Shown here piece after piece: positions 9,717 to 19,852 of a stretch of 48,364 nt of DNA. Made by a program: the position numbers and the translations under genes. How positions within the stretch are numbered: the first letter of the stretch is position 1; each line of letters starts with the position of its first letter. The notes under the pieces were generated by a model. It searched no databases. It saw only the letters and a list, made by a program, of their open reading frames with translations, and was not told where the DNA came from. The stretch comes from Polyangia bacterium (GTDB lineage: Bacteria > Myxococcota_A > Polyangia > Palsa-1104 > JAEUJZ01), in assembly GCA_044228505.1 (NCBI GenBank), contig JBGAUT010000014.1:78725-127088 (forward strand), read 5' to 3'.

Positions 9717-11479
9717 GCCTCCTGTCGCTGACGGCTACGAACCACCAGCGTCGTAAAAGAGTTTACCGCCGTATACAGACCGAAGAATCGACTGAGCACG
9801 GCCGACATCATCAGCGCACTGTGACCAACGTACATCGCCTCATCGACAACGATCTGGACCTCTTGACCATGCACAAAGCCACGCCATGCATCACGCCCGG
9901 CTTGCAGCGTCTTGGGATGACAGCGCAGCTCGGTGATTCCTAAGATCTGATTCTCCGTTGCGGTGGTCGGACTCATCCGATACAGACGCAGGATCTCACG
10001 CAACGAATCGCGACTCTCTCTGCCACCAATTAGCGACAAGTGATTGAGCGATAGGTGGGACACCAGCTGCCACAGCGCCGCGCCTCCCAAGGGAGGAGTA
10101 ATCGGTTCGGTCGGTTTCGACAGACAGGTGACCGCTTTGACCGGAGCGGAATCTTCCATCTGGAGTCGCGCCCGGGCAGGCATTTGCGCCGCCAAGTCAC
10201 GATTGGTACACAGGGTATGGGCGAACACGGTCTGCGTCGCTGGTTGCGTCGGTTTGAACCGCAGATCGACAAACGACAGATAGGTGTCACAGCCGGTCAT
10301 GTCAGCGCGCCCGGTGGGCCGCCGCTGGGCATAGTAGAACGCCTGATGCTGATCACCACTTGCTGGGTGATTGAAGGAAAAGAACGGAGCGATGGTCTGG
10401 CTGGAGTTGGGATCGGCACTCATCGAGACTTTGTCGATCGAGTGGATCTCACAGGTCTTCTCCTCCCGTTTATCGGCTACGAGCTGATACTCCGGAAGTC
10501 GATGGGTCAGCCGAATCGGCTCTGCGGTCTTGCCAAACAGATTGATGATCGGAGCGCAACCGAGCATGAACGTATTTCGATTCACGGCCACGGATCGAGA
10601 CGGCAGCTCGGAGAGCAGAATCAGGATATCGGCGGTCTTCCTGGCTAGCTGAATACGCGGCAGATCGATGTCGAAGAATAGAAATTTTTGCGGAAATACA
10701 AAGTACTCCTGAAGGAGTCGATAGGCCGGATGCGCATACTCAGGAGAGGGGAGCAGCGCATCCTCGATATCGAGTCCCACCGGACGGAGCGCCTGCGGAC
10801 CCATGTACTGGACCTCGGGCCGACCATCGGGCAAAAGTGCCACCCCGACCGTTGATGCAATCAGCAGATCATAGATCGAAGCGGCGATCTCAGCAGAGGC
10901 GTTGACAAACAGCCGCAGGCTTCGCAGATCCAGCTCTCCGAAGCTCTCTGCTTGGCACTCGAGCTTGATGCGTAGCATCGCGATGCCTTTGGGATAGGCA
11001 TCCAAATACGGATAACGATCGGTCGCTTCGATCTGAGCAGAGACGATCGACACCGGCCACAAGGTGGTGTCTGCTCCGGTTCGGAATCGACACAGGGCTC
11101 CGGTATCGGTCTGTGCAAAGAGCCGCGCACCCTTTTGTACCGTGAACCCGCCCAGTGGTAGACCTTGTTCGGAATCGACATCGAAATGTGCGATCGACAT
11201 CGACGGTACGTTCTGCAGTAGATGCGGATACAGACATTCCAGAAGAGAGGTTGTGATCAGCGGAAAATCGGCATCCAGTCGCTGCTGAAGCCGCGCTGTC
11301 AAAAATGCAAAGCTCTCGATCAGTCGCTCAACATGTGGATCAGCACAGGCTTCAGCGGACAGATCGAGTCGGGACGCAATCTTGGGATACTTGCGTGCAA
11401 ACTCTGCGCCCATTCCACGCAGGTACTGTAGCTCGCGCTGATAGGCACGCAGCAGCTCGTCTTTGGCTTCACTACTCAT
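9671..11479 (-). CDS. tssF: T6SS baseplate subunit TssF (ImpG/VasA family), 602 aa
   Basis: N-terminus LLRAYQRELQYLRGMGAEFARKYPKIASRL and FDVDLPRI are typical of TssF. It has an 8-nt overlap with tssE. Confidence 0.9.
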   Translation of the reverse strand: MSSEAKDELLRAYQRELQYLRGMGAEFARKYPKIASRLDLSAEACADPHVERLIESFAFLTARLQQRLDADFPLITTSLLECLYPHLLQNVPSMSIAHFDVDSEQGLPLGGFTVQKGARLFAQTDTGALCRFRTGADTTLWPVSIVSAQIEATDRYPYLDAYPKGIAMLRIKLECQAESFGELDLRSLRLFVNASAEIAASIYDLLIASTVGVALLPDGRPEVQYMGPQALRPVGLDIEDALLPSPEYAHPAYRLLQEYFVFPQKFLFFDIDLPRIQLARKTADILILLSELPSRSVAVNRNTFMLGCAPIINLFGKTAEPIRLTHRLPEYQLVADKREEKTCEIHSIDKVSMSADPNSSQTIAPFFSFNHPASGDQHQAFYYAQRRPTGRADMTGCDTYLSFVDLRFKPTQPATQTVFAHTLCTNRDLAAQMPARARLQMEDSAPVKAVTCLSKPTEPITPPLGGAALWQLVSHLSLNHLSLIGGRESRDSLREILRLYRMSPTTATENQILGITELRCHPKTLQAGRDAWRGFVHGQEVQIVVDEAMYVGHSALMMSAVLSRFFGLYTAVNSFTTLVVRSRQRQEAWKKWPPLAGARNLL

Positions 11480-11948
11480 GGCTCTTGTGCTCCAACAGAC
11501 GAGGGCTGGCCATCACGCGAAACGACACCGGCTCACGCAGCTCCTCCATCACCAAGGTTCCGGTGATGTTGAGAATGAGTCGTGACTCGGTCTGAATAAA
11601 CTGCGCCACCGTGACCCGAGGATTCGCAAGCCGAGGCTCAAATGTCTCAATCGTGCGCGTGAGCAGTGAGATCAAGTGACGCATCGACTGGGGGTCTAAT
11701 GGGTTTACCCACAGCAGATCGGTCGCCCCAAAATCAATGACAGAGCGCTCCCGCTCGAGCAACTCATGGGAAGGCAGTCCGGATCGAGTGTTGAGAAGTC
11801 GCGAGATTTCCTCACGAACGGAAGTCACCAGATCGGAATAGGAAAGCGTGCGCAGCGGTACCGGTTCGCGCGCCTGCTCTGGCTTTCGATCAGAGAGTCG
11901 CTCAAACAGTGGAACCGCAGCAACATGCTGTTTAGATGGAAGCGGCAT
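11472..11948 (-). CDS. tssE: T6SS baseplate subunit TssE (gp25-like), 158 aa
   Basis: Has an N-terminal LFERL-type motif and is gp25-like in length. It sits between hcp and tssF. Confidence 0.85.
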   Translation of the reverse strand: MPLPSKQHVAAVPLFERLSDRKPEQAREPVPLRTLSYSDLVTSVREEISRLLNTRSGLPSHELLERERSVIDFGATDLLWVNPLDPQSMRHLISLLTRTIETFEPRLANPRVTVAQFIQTESRLILNITGTLVMEELREPVSFRVMASPRLLEHKSHE

Positions 11949-11960
11949 CTTGGGCTACTA

Positions 11961-12449
11961 CTAAGCGCCCTTGTTTTCTTCCAGAGACCAGTTGGAAGAA
12001 CTCTTGCCCTTGTTGCCACCCGGCTGCTTCTGAAGCTGCTGGCCGTAGTCCCAGGTGATCTTCTTATAGCTAAAGGTCACCGTTTCGATCGGCTGATCGC
12101 CACCGCCACCGACCGACACGCTGGTGATGATGCAGCTATCGAAGGTGTAGGTCAGGTACTCGAGCGGCTTGCCGGCCGAGTCGGCCTTCCAAACATGAAC
12201 CTTCATCGCCTTGATGTCTTCGCCCGCGCAGCACTTGAGGTTCAGCGTGGGCGAGGCCAGATCGGCCTGCTTGGTCACCGTGAAGTCCTGATGGACGCAG
12301 CGGCCCGATGCACGGCTGGTGTTCGATGGGCCCGAGGTGAGCGGCATCGACACGCCGTGGTTAAAGGACAGAAGCTCGATCATGTCCTTGCCCTGGGCAG
12401 AGGTCGACTCTCCCTTGATTCCGTCAATTTCCCAGAAGATGTTCTGCAT
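11961..12449 (-). CDS. hcp: Hcp (TssD) inner tube protein, ~162 aa
   Basis: MQNIFWEIDGIKGESTSAQGKDMIELLSFNHGVSMP is the canonical Hcp1 N-terminus. I trimmed the ORF-track entry (to 12497) to the internal ATG at 12447-12449, which has an SD (AAGGGGA) 8 nt upstream. Confidence 0.93.
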   Translation of the reverse strand: MQNIFWEIDGIKGESTSAQGKDMIELLSFNHGVSMPLTSGPSNTSRASGRCVHQDFTVTKQADLASPTLNLKCCAGEDIKAMKVHVWKADSAGKPLEYLTYTFDSCIITSVSVGGGGDQPIETVTFSYKKITWDYGQQLQKQPGGNKGKSSSNWSLEENKGA

Positions 12450-12509
12450 TTCGAATTCCCCTTGAGCCTCTGTCCCAGTGGAACAGAGGCGTCTCATAGC
12501 ATCCCGTTA

Positions 12510-13976
12510 TCAACCAGCGGCAGGCGGTGGAAGCTCTGCCACCAAGCGAATCGAAGCGGTCAGCTCATTGAGCTGAAAGTGCGGCTTGAGGAATGCCACC
12601 GCACGGTACACACCCGGCTTACCCGGAACATCGAACACGTCGATCCGAGCCTCGCGCAGCGGATACTTGGCCTTGATCTCCTGACCTGCATCGTCACGAA
12701 GCAGGATGTAGTTTGCGATCCAGTTGTTCAGATAGTTGGCCACATTTTCGCGAGTCAAGAAGCTGCCGATCTTGTCGCGCATGATCGCTTTGAGATAGTG
12801 CGCAAACCGCGACGAGGCGAGCAAGTACGGAAGCTGCGAAGACAGCGACGCGTTGGCATTGGCCTGCGGCGTGTTATAGGTCTTCGGCTTGTTGGTAGTC
12901 TGGCCTCCGAAGAACGCGGCGTAGTCCGTATCCTTACAGTGACACAGCGAGATGAAGCCGAGGTCCGACAGCTCCTTCTCACGGCGATCGGTGATCGCGA
13001 TCTCGGTCGGACACTTGAGAGCGATGTCTCCTTCATCGGTCTTGAAGGTATGCGCGGGCAGTCCCTGAACGATTCCGCCGCCTTCCACACCTCGGATCGC
13101 GGCCGTCCACTTGTGAAGCGCAAATGCGTTGGTGATGCGCTGTCCCATCACGTACGCGGCATTGCTCCACAGGTACTTGTTGTGGTCCTTGCCGTCGGTG
13201 TCTTCCTCGAAACGGAACTCCTCGACCGGCACCGTCTTGGCACCGTAGGGAAGTCGCCCGAGCACGCGGGGCAGGGCCAGCGCAACGTAGCGAGAATCCT
13301 CAGACTCACGGAACGAACGCCAGGTGATAAGCTCCGAGCTCTCAAACAGCTTGGACAGATCACGCGGGTTGCCAAGCTCGGTGAAGCTCTCCATATCGAA
13401 GAGACGAGGACTGGCAGCGCTGATGAACGGAGCGTGTGCAGCGGCCGCAACATTGGAGATCTTGCCAAGCAGCGAGATATCCTGCGGATGCCGACCAAAC
13501 TCGTAGTCACCGACGAGGCATCCATAGGGCGCGCCACCGAAGGTACCAAACTCTTCTTCATAGATCTTCTTGAACAGATTGCTCTGATCGAACTCTGAGG
13601 CCTTCTCAAGATCATTGAGAAGTTCCTTCTTGGTCGCGTGCATCACCCGCAGCTTGAGCGAGGAGCTGGTCTCGGTGTTCATCACCAAGTAGTTCAGACC
13701 ACGCCACGAGCCTTCCAGTTTCTGGAATCGCTCATCGTGCATGATGGCGTTGACCTGCTGCGTCAACACTTCATCAATGTGCGCGATCTTTTCGAGCACT
13801 AGCTTGGCTAGATCAGTAGTCGGCGAAACCGCCGTCGGATCCACCTGATTCACGAACTCGCCGATCAGCGTACGAGAGTGCGCGATCTGCAGCTCATCGC
13901 GGGCCATCTTGCCATCGCGGATCAGGTTGTCGAGGACGTCCGTCGTCGTCTTGGTAGTTGTTTCATTTTCAGCCAC
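12510..13976 (-). CDS. tssC: T6SS contractile sheath large subunit TssC (VipB/ImpC), 488 aa
   Basis: Full-length VipB-like sequence (GTFGGAPYGCLVGDYEFG, LPRVLGRLPYG, KPHFQLNEL). Confidence 0.95.
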   Translation of the reverse strand: MAENETTTKTTTDVLDNLIRDGKMARDELQIAHSRTLIGEFVNQVDPTAVSPTTDLAKLVLEKIAHIDEVLTQQVNAIMHDERFQKLEGSWRGLNYLVMNTETSSSLKLRVMHATKKELLNDLEKASEFDQSNLFKKIYEEEFGTFGGAPYGCLVGDYEFGRHPQDISLLGKISNVAAAAHAPFISAASPRLFDMESFTELGNPRDLSKLFESSELITWRSFRESEDSRYVALALPRVLGRLPYGAKTVPVEEFRFEEDTDGKDHNKYLWSNAAYVMGQRITNAFALHKWTAAIRGVEGGGIVQGLPAHTFKTDEGDIALKCPTEIAITDRREKELSDLGFISLCHCKDTDYAAFFGGQTTNKPKTYNTPQANANASLSSQLPYLLASSRFAHYLKAIMRDKIGSFLTRENVANYLNNWIANYILLRDDAGQEIKAKYPLREARIDVFDVPGKPGVYRAVAFLKPHFQLNELTASIRLVAELPPPAAG

Positions 13977-13988
13977 GGCAACCCCTCC

Positions 13989-14495
13989 TTAGCTCGAAGC
14001 CACGCTCTTGGCAGCAAGGGCTTTGACGGCCCCAAACTTGTCTTTGTCAGAAAGCAGCTTCTGAAGCTGCCCCTGCAAATCCTCGTTACCATCCAGCTTG
14101 GTCAGTAGGTCGACCAGCCGCTGCCGCATTTCCAGCATCTCCCGCAGTTCTTTCGTAGCCTTCACGATTGCGGTCGGATGAAAGTCATCCAGGTGACGGA
14201 ACGTTAGCTCCACCCCAAACGACGACCCGTCCTTCTTGATCTGGTTTGGTACGCTGTACTTTAACTTTGGTGCAATGTTGCCAAGCACCTGGTTGAAGTT
14301 GTCGCGATCGATCTGAACGAACTTGCGATCCTTCAACCTGGGCAGAGCATCCTGCTGACCTGCAAGGTCCGCAAGAATGCCAACGACGAAGGGAAGTTCC
14401 TTCATCTGGATGGCGCCGCCGATTTCCACATCGTAGGTGATCTGGACCCGTGGCGGCCTTACACGGTCGAGTTTGTGCTGGGTACTCTCAGACAT
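13989..14495 (-). CDS. tssB: T6SS contractile sheath small subunit TssB (VipA/ImpB), 168 aa
   Basis: PPRVQITYDVEIGGAIQMKELPFVVGILADL is the VipA signature. It lies immediately upstream of tssC. Confidence 0.95.
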   Translation of the reverse strand: MSESTQHKLDRVRPPRVQITYDVEIGGAIQMKELPFVVGILADLAGQQDALPRLKDRKFVQIDRDNFNQVLGNIAPKLKYSVPNQIKKDGSSFGVELTFRHLDDFHPTAIVKATKELREMLEMRQRLVDLLTKLDGNEDLQGQLQKLLSDKDKFGAVKALAAKSVASS

Positions 14496-14590
14496 CGTTC
14501 CCTCACGTCAGCCTGTGGGGCGTAAAGTCCCCGGTTTCATCCACAGACGCCAGGGCCAATCCTTGGCATCTCACGAGAATTCCTTCTCAT

Positions 14591-15715
14591 TCATTCCGAA
14601 TGCGGTCCCTTTACCCCCAGCAGCGCATAGATCGTTTGGCGATCGTTCCCCTCGGCAACAAGCTCACCAAGTAGTTGGATCAGATCCATGTTACCCCAAG
14701 ACACGGCCCGTTTCACAAGGTATGGAACCGGACTGTGGGGCTCTGTACGCTGAAGATACTCAGCCGCTTCGACAAGTCGTTGATATGCTTGAACCCGACT
14801 CCGAATCGGTCCGCTCGGACCCTCTTCTGGTCGGTTATCTCCTCGGGTCAAAGGCTTGGCTTGGTGTTCGCCCTCCATCGCGACCTCCGTGGTTTGCCCA
14901 CCTTCCGAGGGATGTCCATCCGCTGCTGCTGCACTCTGGCTGCCAGACGGTGCAACCGGTTCGCTCACTCTTTTTGGGGTGTACTGCGCAATCAAGGCAG
15001 AGATGTCTCTCACCAAGTTGCGCAGCTCTCGCAGCATGGCGGGTTGATCCGGTAGCTTATCGAGAACAAGCTGTTCAAGCTCGATCGCAGCAGCATCCAC
15101 CGCAGCCAGCTCACCAAAGCGTGCGGTATAAAACGCCCCGCTGGTGTTACTGGCCGCTGCCAAGAACGTCGCCGGTAGGATCTCATCCCCACCGCTCGGT
15201 GCCTTCTCGTTCCGCAGAGCGCGCTCCCACTCGACCCAACTCAGCGCCGGGCGCTCGCCGTAGGCTTCGGTGAGTGGCACTTCCTTGATCCGCAGTGAGA
15301 TTTTTTGGGACAAGTACTCGATCGGTGCCAGCCGATAGGAGGAATCGCCTTCCTCCATCAAGGGATACAAGGTGACCCAGTAGCGCGACAGTAGCTGGGT
15401 GCAGAGCTTGATGCCCAACGTCAGGCCTGGGAGCCCATACAGCTTGAGCCACGCTTCGCAGAGCCACACCGCGATCTGCAGATCCTTGCTCCGCTCGCGC
15501 AGAGCCTTCTGTCCCAGAAGCGATACCTTGGCAAAGTCCGCCCGCTTGACCTTGATCTGCCAAATCCCTTGCGGAAGGCTCTCATCCTCTTCACGACGTG
15601 CCTCACCGATCGCGTCGTAGGTTCCTTCGTACCGCAGCCACTCTCCTGCTGGCTCGCGCTCCGAGATCGGCTGAAGGAGTGATTCAAAGTCGATGGATGG
15701 CAACTCAGACATCAC
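14591..15715 (-). CDS. tssA: T6SS protein TssA (ImpA_N domain), 374 aa
   Basis: N-terminal ImpA_N motif SIDFESLLQPISEREPAGEWLRYEGTYDAI. C-terminal VKRAVSWGNMDL helix. It sits between tssM and tssB. Confidence 0.85.
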   Translation of the reverse strand: MMSELPSIDFESLLQPISEREPAGEWLRYEGTYDAIGEARREEDESLPQGIWQIKVKRADFAKVSLLGQKALRERSKDLQIAVWLCEAWLKLYGLPGLTLGIKLCTQLLSRYWVTLYPLMEEGDSSYRLAPIEYLSQKISLRIKEVPLTEAYGERPALSWVEWERALRNEKAPSGGDEILPATFLAAASNTSGAFYTARFGELAAVDAAAIELEQLVLDKLPDQPAMLRELRNLVRDISALIAQYTPKRVSEPVAPSGSQSAAAADGHPSEGGQTTEVAMEGEHQAKPLTRGDNRPEEGPSGPIRSRVQAYQRLVEAAEYLQRTEPHSPVPYLVKRAVSWGNMDLIQLLGELVAEGNDRQTIYALLGVKGPHSE

Positions 15716-15721
15716 GATTCC

Positions 15722-18700
15722 TCACTGTCCATTCCGACCGCGAGTAAGCGGCGCTAGCGTCGGCCAATCAACCGGAATTACCAGCAGTTCCTTGCTTTCC
15801 GGCGGATTTAAGACAATCCGGACAAAGACCACAGCCTTGTTGTAAAGGAATGCCATTTTGGCTGCACCGCTCGGAGTATTTCCTTTGTTGGTGTAATAGG
15901 AATCGGGCAGCAGTCGCACTCGTCCGGTGTGCTTGCGCTCAGCGATATCGACCATGAACTTTAGAACGTGCGGCTGGCGGTCCAGTGACTTCCGCAGATC
16001 TGTCTGAGAGGCTCTGAACATTCGAATGATCCGCACCAGTCCCCAGATTCCGGCGAAATCAAACGAGATCGAATCGTTCGAATCGACCGTTGCGCCGCGG
16101 GGTTGCCCAGTGGGTGCCGGTACATAGGGCCCGTCCTTCGCCCAACGCATCGACAACCGCACCCGATCGCCGAGCTGCCAGGCCCCCTGTCCATCCTCGA
16201 CCTTCTGGTCACCCGTGGAGAATCCCCACTCTGCAATCTGCTGACCATTGATCTCGTTGCTCTTGTTGATGCGGTAATCCACCGAGACGTTGTAACGAGC
16301 CAGATCACCGCGATCACCAAGGAGTGGTGCAAAGAACGGACGCACCTCTCGCAAGGATTGCAGGAAGGTACTTACCTCACGGCCCACCTCGCCTGACCCA
16401 CCGAGCGTCTCGCGACGACCGACGTAGGCATCGTACTGGCGGATAAACTCGTCGTACTCCTGAAAGAATCCCCGAATGTCACGAGGTATCGCATCGGGAT
16501 CATCAAGAGACTGCGCGTTGCGGGTAAACGGAAATTTTCCGGCCAAATCTTGGTTAAAGCGCCGCGCCAGATGCTCGTACAGCTCTAGGATCTTCTCGGC
16601 CGCAAACACCAAACAACGCTTGCGCACGGAGTCATGGACGCGAGCTTTGGTCTGCAAGAAAAAGTCGGTGTTGTCACCAGTCTGTCTCGGAAGTTTGTCC
16701 AGACAGTTTTCCGGAGTAACAGTGATGAGCGTGGTGTCAAAGAACGACTCCATTTCCTTGACGGAGTTACCAGGAGTCATGCGCTCGAAGTACTCCAGTT
16801 GGTTGACGATATTGCGCCACTTGCCAACCAAAGGATCGTCGCTGCGAGCGCTGGTTAGACCATCGAGTAGAGAGACCGGAACCTTGGCATAATCCCGGCC
16901 CCAGCCCTTCATCCGATTGCGCTGGGTCTTAATGTACTGCGATAGTGCATCGGCATCTTCGACATCAAACGCGGCCAGAACCGGCGGCTTGTCACCACGC
17001 CAGCTCGCCAGCTTGCTAGAGACTCGATACATCTCCTCGCGCTCTGGGAGGAGATCGATCCGACGCAGAATTTCCCGTGAATCTTCCTGAAGCTGCTGAT
17101 ACAGCTCACTGTGCGGAGCTTTCAGTGTCAGCCGATCGTACGTCTCCAAGATCTGCCGTAGCACGGAGGAGACTCTCTTTAGGTCACCCACCTCACTGCT
17201 TAGCTCATCCTGCAGCGCGTTGACATCGCCACTAAAGCGCAACACGCGTTCTTCGCGACGTGCTTGGGCCACCAGCGCCGGCATATTCTGTCCGAGTCGC
17301 TCCAGCGCCGTACTCTTGACGACTTCGCGGATATGCCGATAGACCTGTCCGAGGCGATCCCGAACATAGGTATCATAGGCATCCGCAAACGCGGTCGACT
17401 GCCGCAGCAGATCATCGTTCCACACCACCCGATAGGAGCCTTCGGAGTTCTGGGCGTGCGGCTTTTCCAGGTTCTGCTGCACAAATGCAAGAGACAGGAA
17501 CGTCTCTAGGTTCGCCTTTAGCTCTACCAACCCCTGGGTGATCACCAAGCGGTGTTTTTCGTTGTCGCGAGCGATGATCACACCCATCTGCGGAAGTTGC
17601 ACTTCGAGCAGACGACGCCGTAGCTGCTGGTGGGACTGCTGCCATTCCTGTCTCAGCTCATCACTCATTCGCCCATCCGGAGAGAAATGCCGCAGCGAGG
17701 CCAACACCTCCGAGAAAGGATCGCCAAGTTCTAGGGAGTCCTTTGACAGCCACTGCAGCTCCGGCCGATTGAGATCTCGATCCAGCCTCTGTAGGACGTC
17801 GCGTAGCTCCGTGAGTATCGGCAGATCGGCACCGCCACCCTCACTCTCTGCTTTGAGCCGACTAATGTGCGCGAGGATTTCTTCTGTCTCGATCGCGATG
17901 GCGTTCTCGATGAACATACGCCGATGCAGCGCCTTGCAAATGGTTCGCGCCCGCGCTTGTACTTTGGGATTCACCAGGGCCAAGTCAAAGGAACGACTGG
18001 TCGCGTTGGCTAGCGCCTCTTGATACAGCTCTGCATTTCGCAAAAAGATCGGCTGCAGCTCGACCCCGAACACGTACTTCACAAGGGGAACGACGGTATC
18101 GAATCGCTTGTGACGTTCACTCCCCAGACGGTTGTAGGTATCTACGTTTTGGACAAACTCCAGATACGCATGCGATAGATCCCGCAGCTCTTGGAACTCT
18201 GGCATGGACTGCAATGCCTGAATCTGGACGGTCTTCGAAGTCAGCCTCTCCGCACTCGCTGAAGGACTGCGGGAAGATCCCGGCTCTCCCGCAGGCGGAG
18301 GCTCATCACTCGCCAACGGCGCAGTGATGTCTCCTTCCAGTCCTAGCACCTGCTTGGCTTTGAGCGCCAAGCCCTCATGAAGACCTCCCAGCACCACCCG
18401 CTCAAACGAGCGCCGCATCGCCTCCTGAACATCATCATCGAGTGAACTAAGCCAAGACGAAGGGAGTCGAACACTGAGCAGACGACTGTTGGCGACGTTG
18501 CCAATCGCAGCAAGCAGTTCCTGGGTCTGCTGCGCAAAACGGTCCTTGTCTTGGGCCACCGAAAGGGAGGTCTCGACCGGAACTTTGTCTAGGAATCCCA
18601 TCACCGCTCGGGCATCGCGGCTCAGGTTCGCGTACGCAGTCCACAAAAGGAGTACACTCACCAGGATCGACGCACCGAGAGCGATGCGCACCAGCCGTAA

Positions 18701-19828
18701 GGCTCTCGCCTGATCGAGAACTCCCTTCTTGAGGGGTCTCGCCAGCCCACTCTCCGGAAAGAGCTTTTTGGAAAACAGATCATGCACAAAGACTGGACGC
18801 TTCTGCCCCTCATCCTCTTCCGACTGCTTCACCATGGCACTCGCAGTCGTCGCGTCACCACACATATACACGCCGCGCAGTAGGTTCGACTCGCTGTAGA
18901 CGTTTGCACGGAAGAGCTGATCCAAAAAGGTCTTCATCGGCTCGCGCAACGCTTGGGTATTGCGCGGTAGCAGGAAGGCCAGATCCTGCTCCTTATCGGA
19001 CAGCTTGGCGCTGGCAAGTAGATCGATCTGAAGCCCGCACTGGGTCTTATACAGCTCCGCAAACGCTTGGTCGACCCAACTGGGATTGTAGGACAGATTC
19101 AGCGGAAACGGAGACGACCAGCCGGCAAGCTGTTCTCGCTGATGACTCGCTAGACCTCCGCAGAACGCAGTGAAGCCCGGAATCGCATCGCTCTTGCTGA
19201 CCATCACGTACGTCGGCAACCGCAGCGAGATCTCCTGCTGTAGCCGCTGCAGACGCTGATAAAGTAGCTCACTTTGGTCCCTGATCTGATCTGGGGCGAG
19301 CTTGTCATCTCCCACCAGCGTAGGTGCCCCGACCACGACCAATACCGCATCAAGCGGACGCTTCGGTCGGGCAGCACGGAGGAGTCCGCAGAAATAAACA
19401 AACAACTCCTCTTCCTGCCAAATTTCTGCTCCCAGATCGATCGCGATTCCTTTGTCGTAGAACCAGAATCGACAGTGACCCGCTTCTGCAAGCTGCTCAC
19501 TCGCACCACGGAACGGAACGTGCAGGCCCGTATTCTGCAGGATCGAAGTCTGTCCCGCCCCTTTTTCACTGAGAACCAGACACCATGGCATCGCATAGCG
19601 GCCTGGCATCCCGCCCGCGTTCTGGTCAAGCTGGCGCAGCTCCTCACCCACCAGCGCGCTCAGGCTCGATCGTAGCTCAGCAATTCGCTTGACCCGCTGG
19701 GGATCTTTGGGAGGAGGTGGCGGTGCAGCAGGAGCTTCCTGTTTCTTGCGACGAGCCCGCAAGAATAGGAAGACACCAACGGCAATCACCGCTAGGAGTA
19801 GTACGACTATGACAATGCGAATTAGCAC
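15722..19828 (-). CDS. tssM: T6SS membrane-complex subunit TssM (IcmF family), 1368 aa, with a degenerate Walker A motif
   Basis: N-terminal TM helix. IcmF-like length and blocks. The P-loop region reads LVLSEKGAGQTSIL, where Gln replaces the canonical Lys in GxxGxGK[ST]. Confidence 0.9.
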   Translation of the reverse strand: MLIRIVIVVLLLAVIAVGVFLFLRARRKKQEAPAAPPPPPKDPQRVKRIAELRSSLSALVGEELRQLDQNAGGMPGRYAMPWCLVLSEKGAGQTSILQNTGLHVPFRGASEQLAEAGHCRFWFYDKGIAIDLGAEIWQEEELFVYFCGLLRAARPKRPLDAVLVVVGAPTLVGDDKLAPDQIRDQSELLYQRLQRLQQEISLRLPTYVMVSKSDAIPGFTAFCGGLASHQREQLAGWSSPFPLNLSYNPSWVDQAFAELYKTQCGLQIDLLASAKLSDKEQDLAFLLPRNTQALREPMKTFLDQLFRANVYSESNLLRGVYMCGDATTASAMVKQSEEDEGQKRPVFVHDLFSKKLFPESGLARPLKKGVLDQARALRLVRIALGASILVSVLLLWTAYANLSRDARAVMGFLDKVPVETSLSVAQDKDRFAQQTQELLAAIGNVANSRLLSVRLPSSWLSSLDDDVQEAMRRSFERVVLGGLHEGLALKAKQVLGLEGDITAPLASDEPPPAGEPGSSRSPSASAERLTSKTVQIQALQSMPEFQELRDLSHAYLEFVQNVDTYNRLGSERHKRFDTVVPLVKYVFGVELQPIFLRNAELYQEALANATSRSFDLALVNPKVQARARTICKALHRRMFIENAIAIETEEILAHISRLKAESEGGGADLPILTELRDVLQRLDRDLNRPELQWLSKDSLELGDPFSEVLASLRHFSPDGRMSDELRQEWQQSHQQLRRRLLEVQLPQMGVIIARDNEKHRLVITQGLVELKANLETFLSLAFVQQNLEKPHAQNSEGSYRVVWNDDLLRQSTAFADAYDTYVRDRLGQVYRHIREVVKSTALERLGQNMPALVAQARREERVLRFSGDVNALQDELSSEVGDLKRVSSVLRQILETYDRLTLKAPHSELYQQLQEDSREILRRIDLLPEREEMYRVSSKLASWRGDKPPVLAAFDVEDADALSQYIKTQRNRMKGWGRDYAKVPVSLLDGLTSARSDDPLVGKWRNIVNQLEYFERMTPGNSVKEMESFFDTTLITVTPENCLDKLPRQTGDNTDFFLQTKARVHDSVRKRCLVFAAEKILELYEHLARRFNQDLAGKFPFTRNAQSLDDPDAIPRDIRGFFQEYDEFIRQYDAYVGRRETLGGSGEVGREVSTFLQSLREVRPFFAPLLGDRGDLARYNVSVDYRINKSNEINGQQIAEWGFSTGDQKVEDGQGAWQLGDRVRLSMRWAKDGPYVPAPTGQPRGATVDSNDSISFDFAGIWGLVRIIRMFRASQTDLRKSLDRQPHVLKFMVDIAERKHTGRVRLLPDSYYTNKGNTPSGAAKMAFLYNKAVVFVRIVLNPPESKELLVIPVDWPTLAPLTRGRNGQ

Positions 19829-19852
19829 GTGGCTCTTCCCATTGGCTCCGCG

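Noticed and set aside
11766-13598. 610-aa plus-strand ORF spanning the antisense of tssE, hcp and tssC
   Set aside because: It crosses three well-supported minus-strand genes and their intergenic gaps. This is an antisense artefact of a GC-rich frame.
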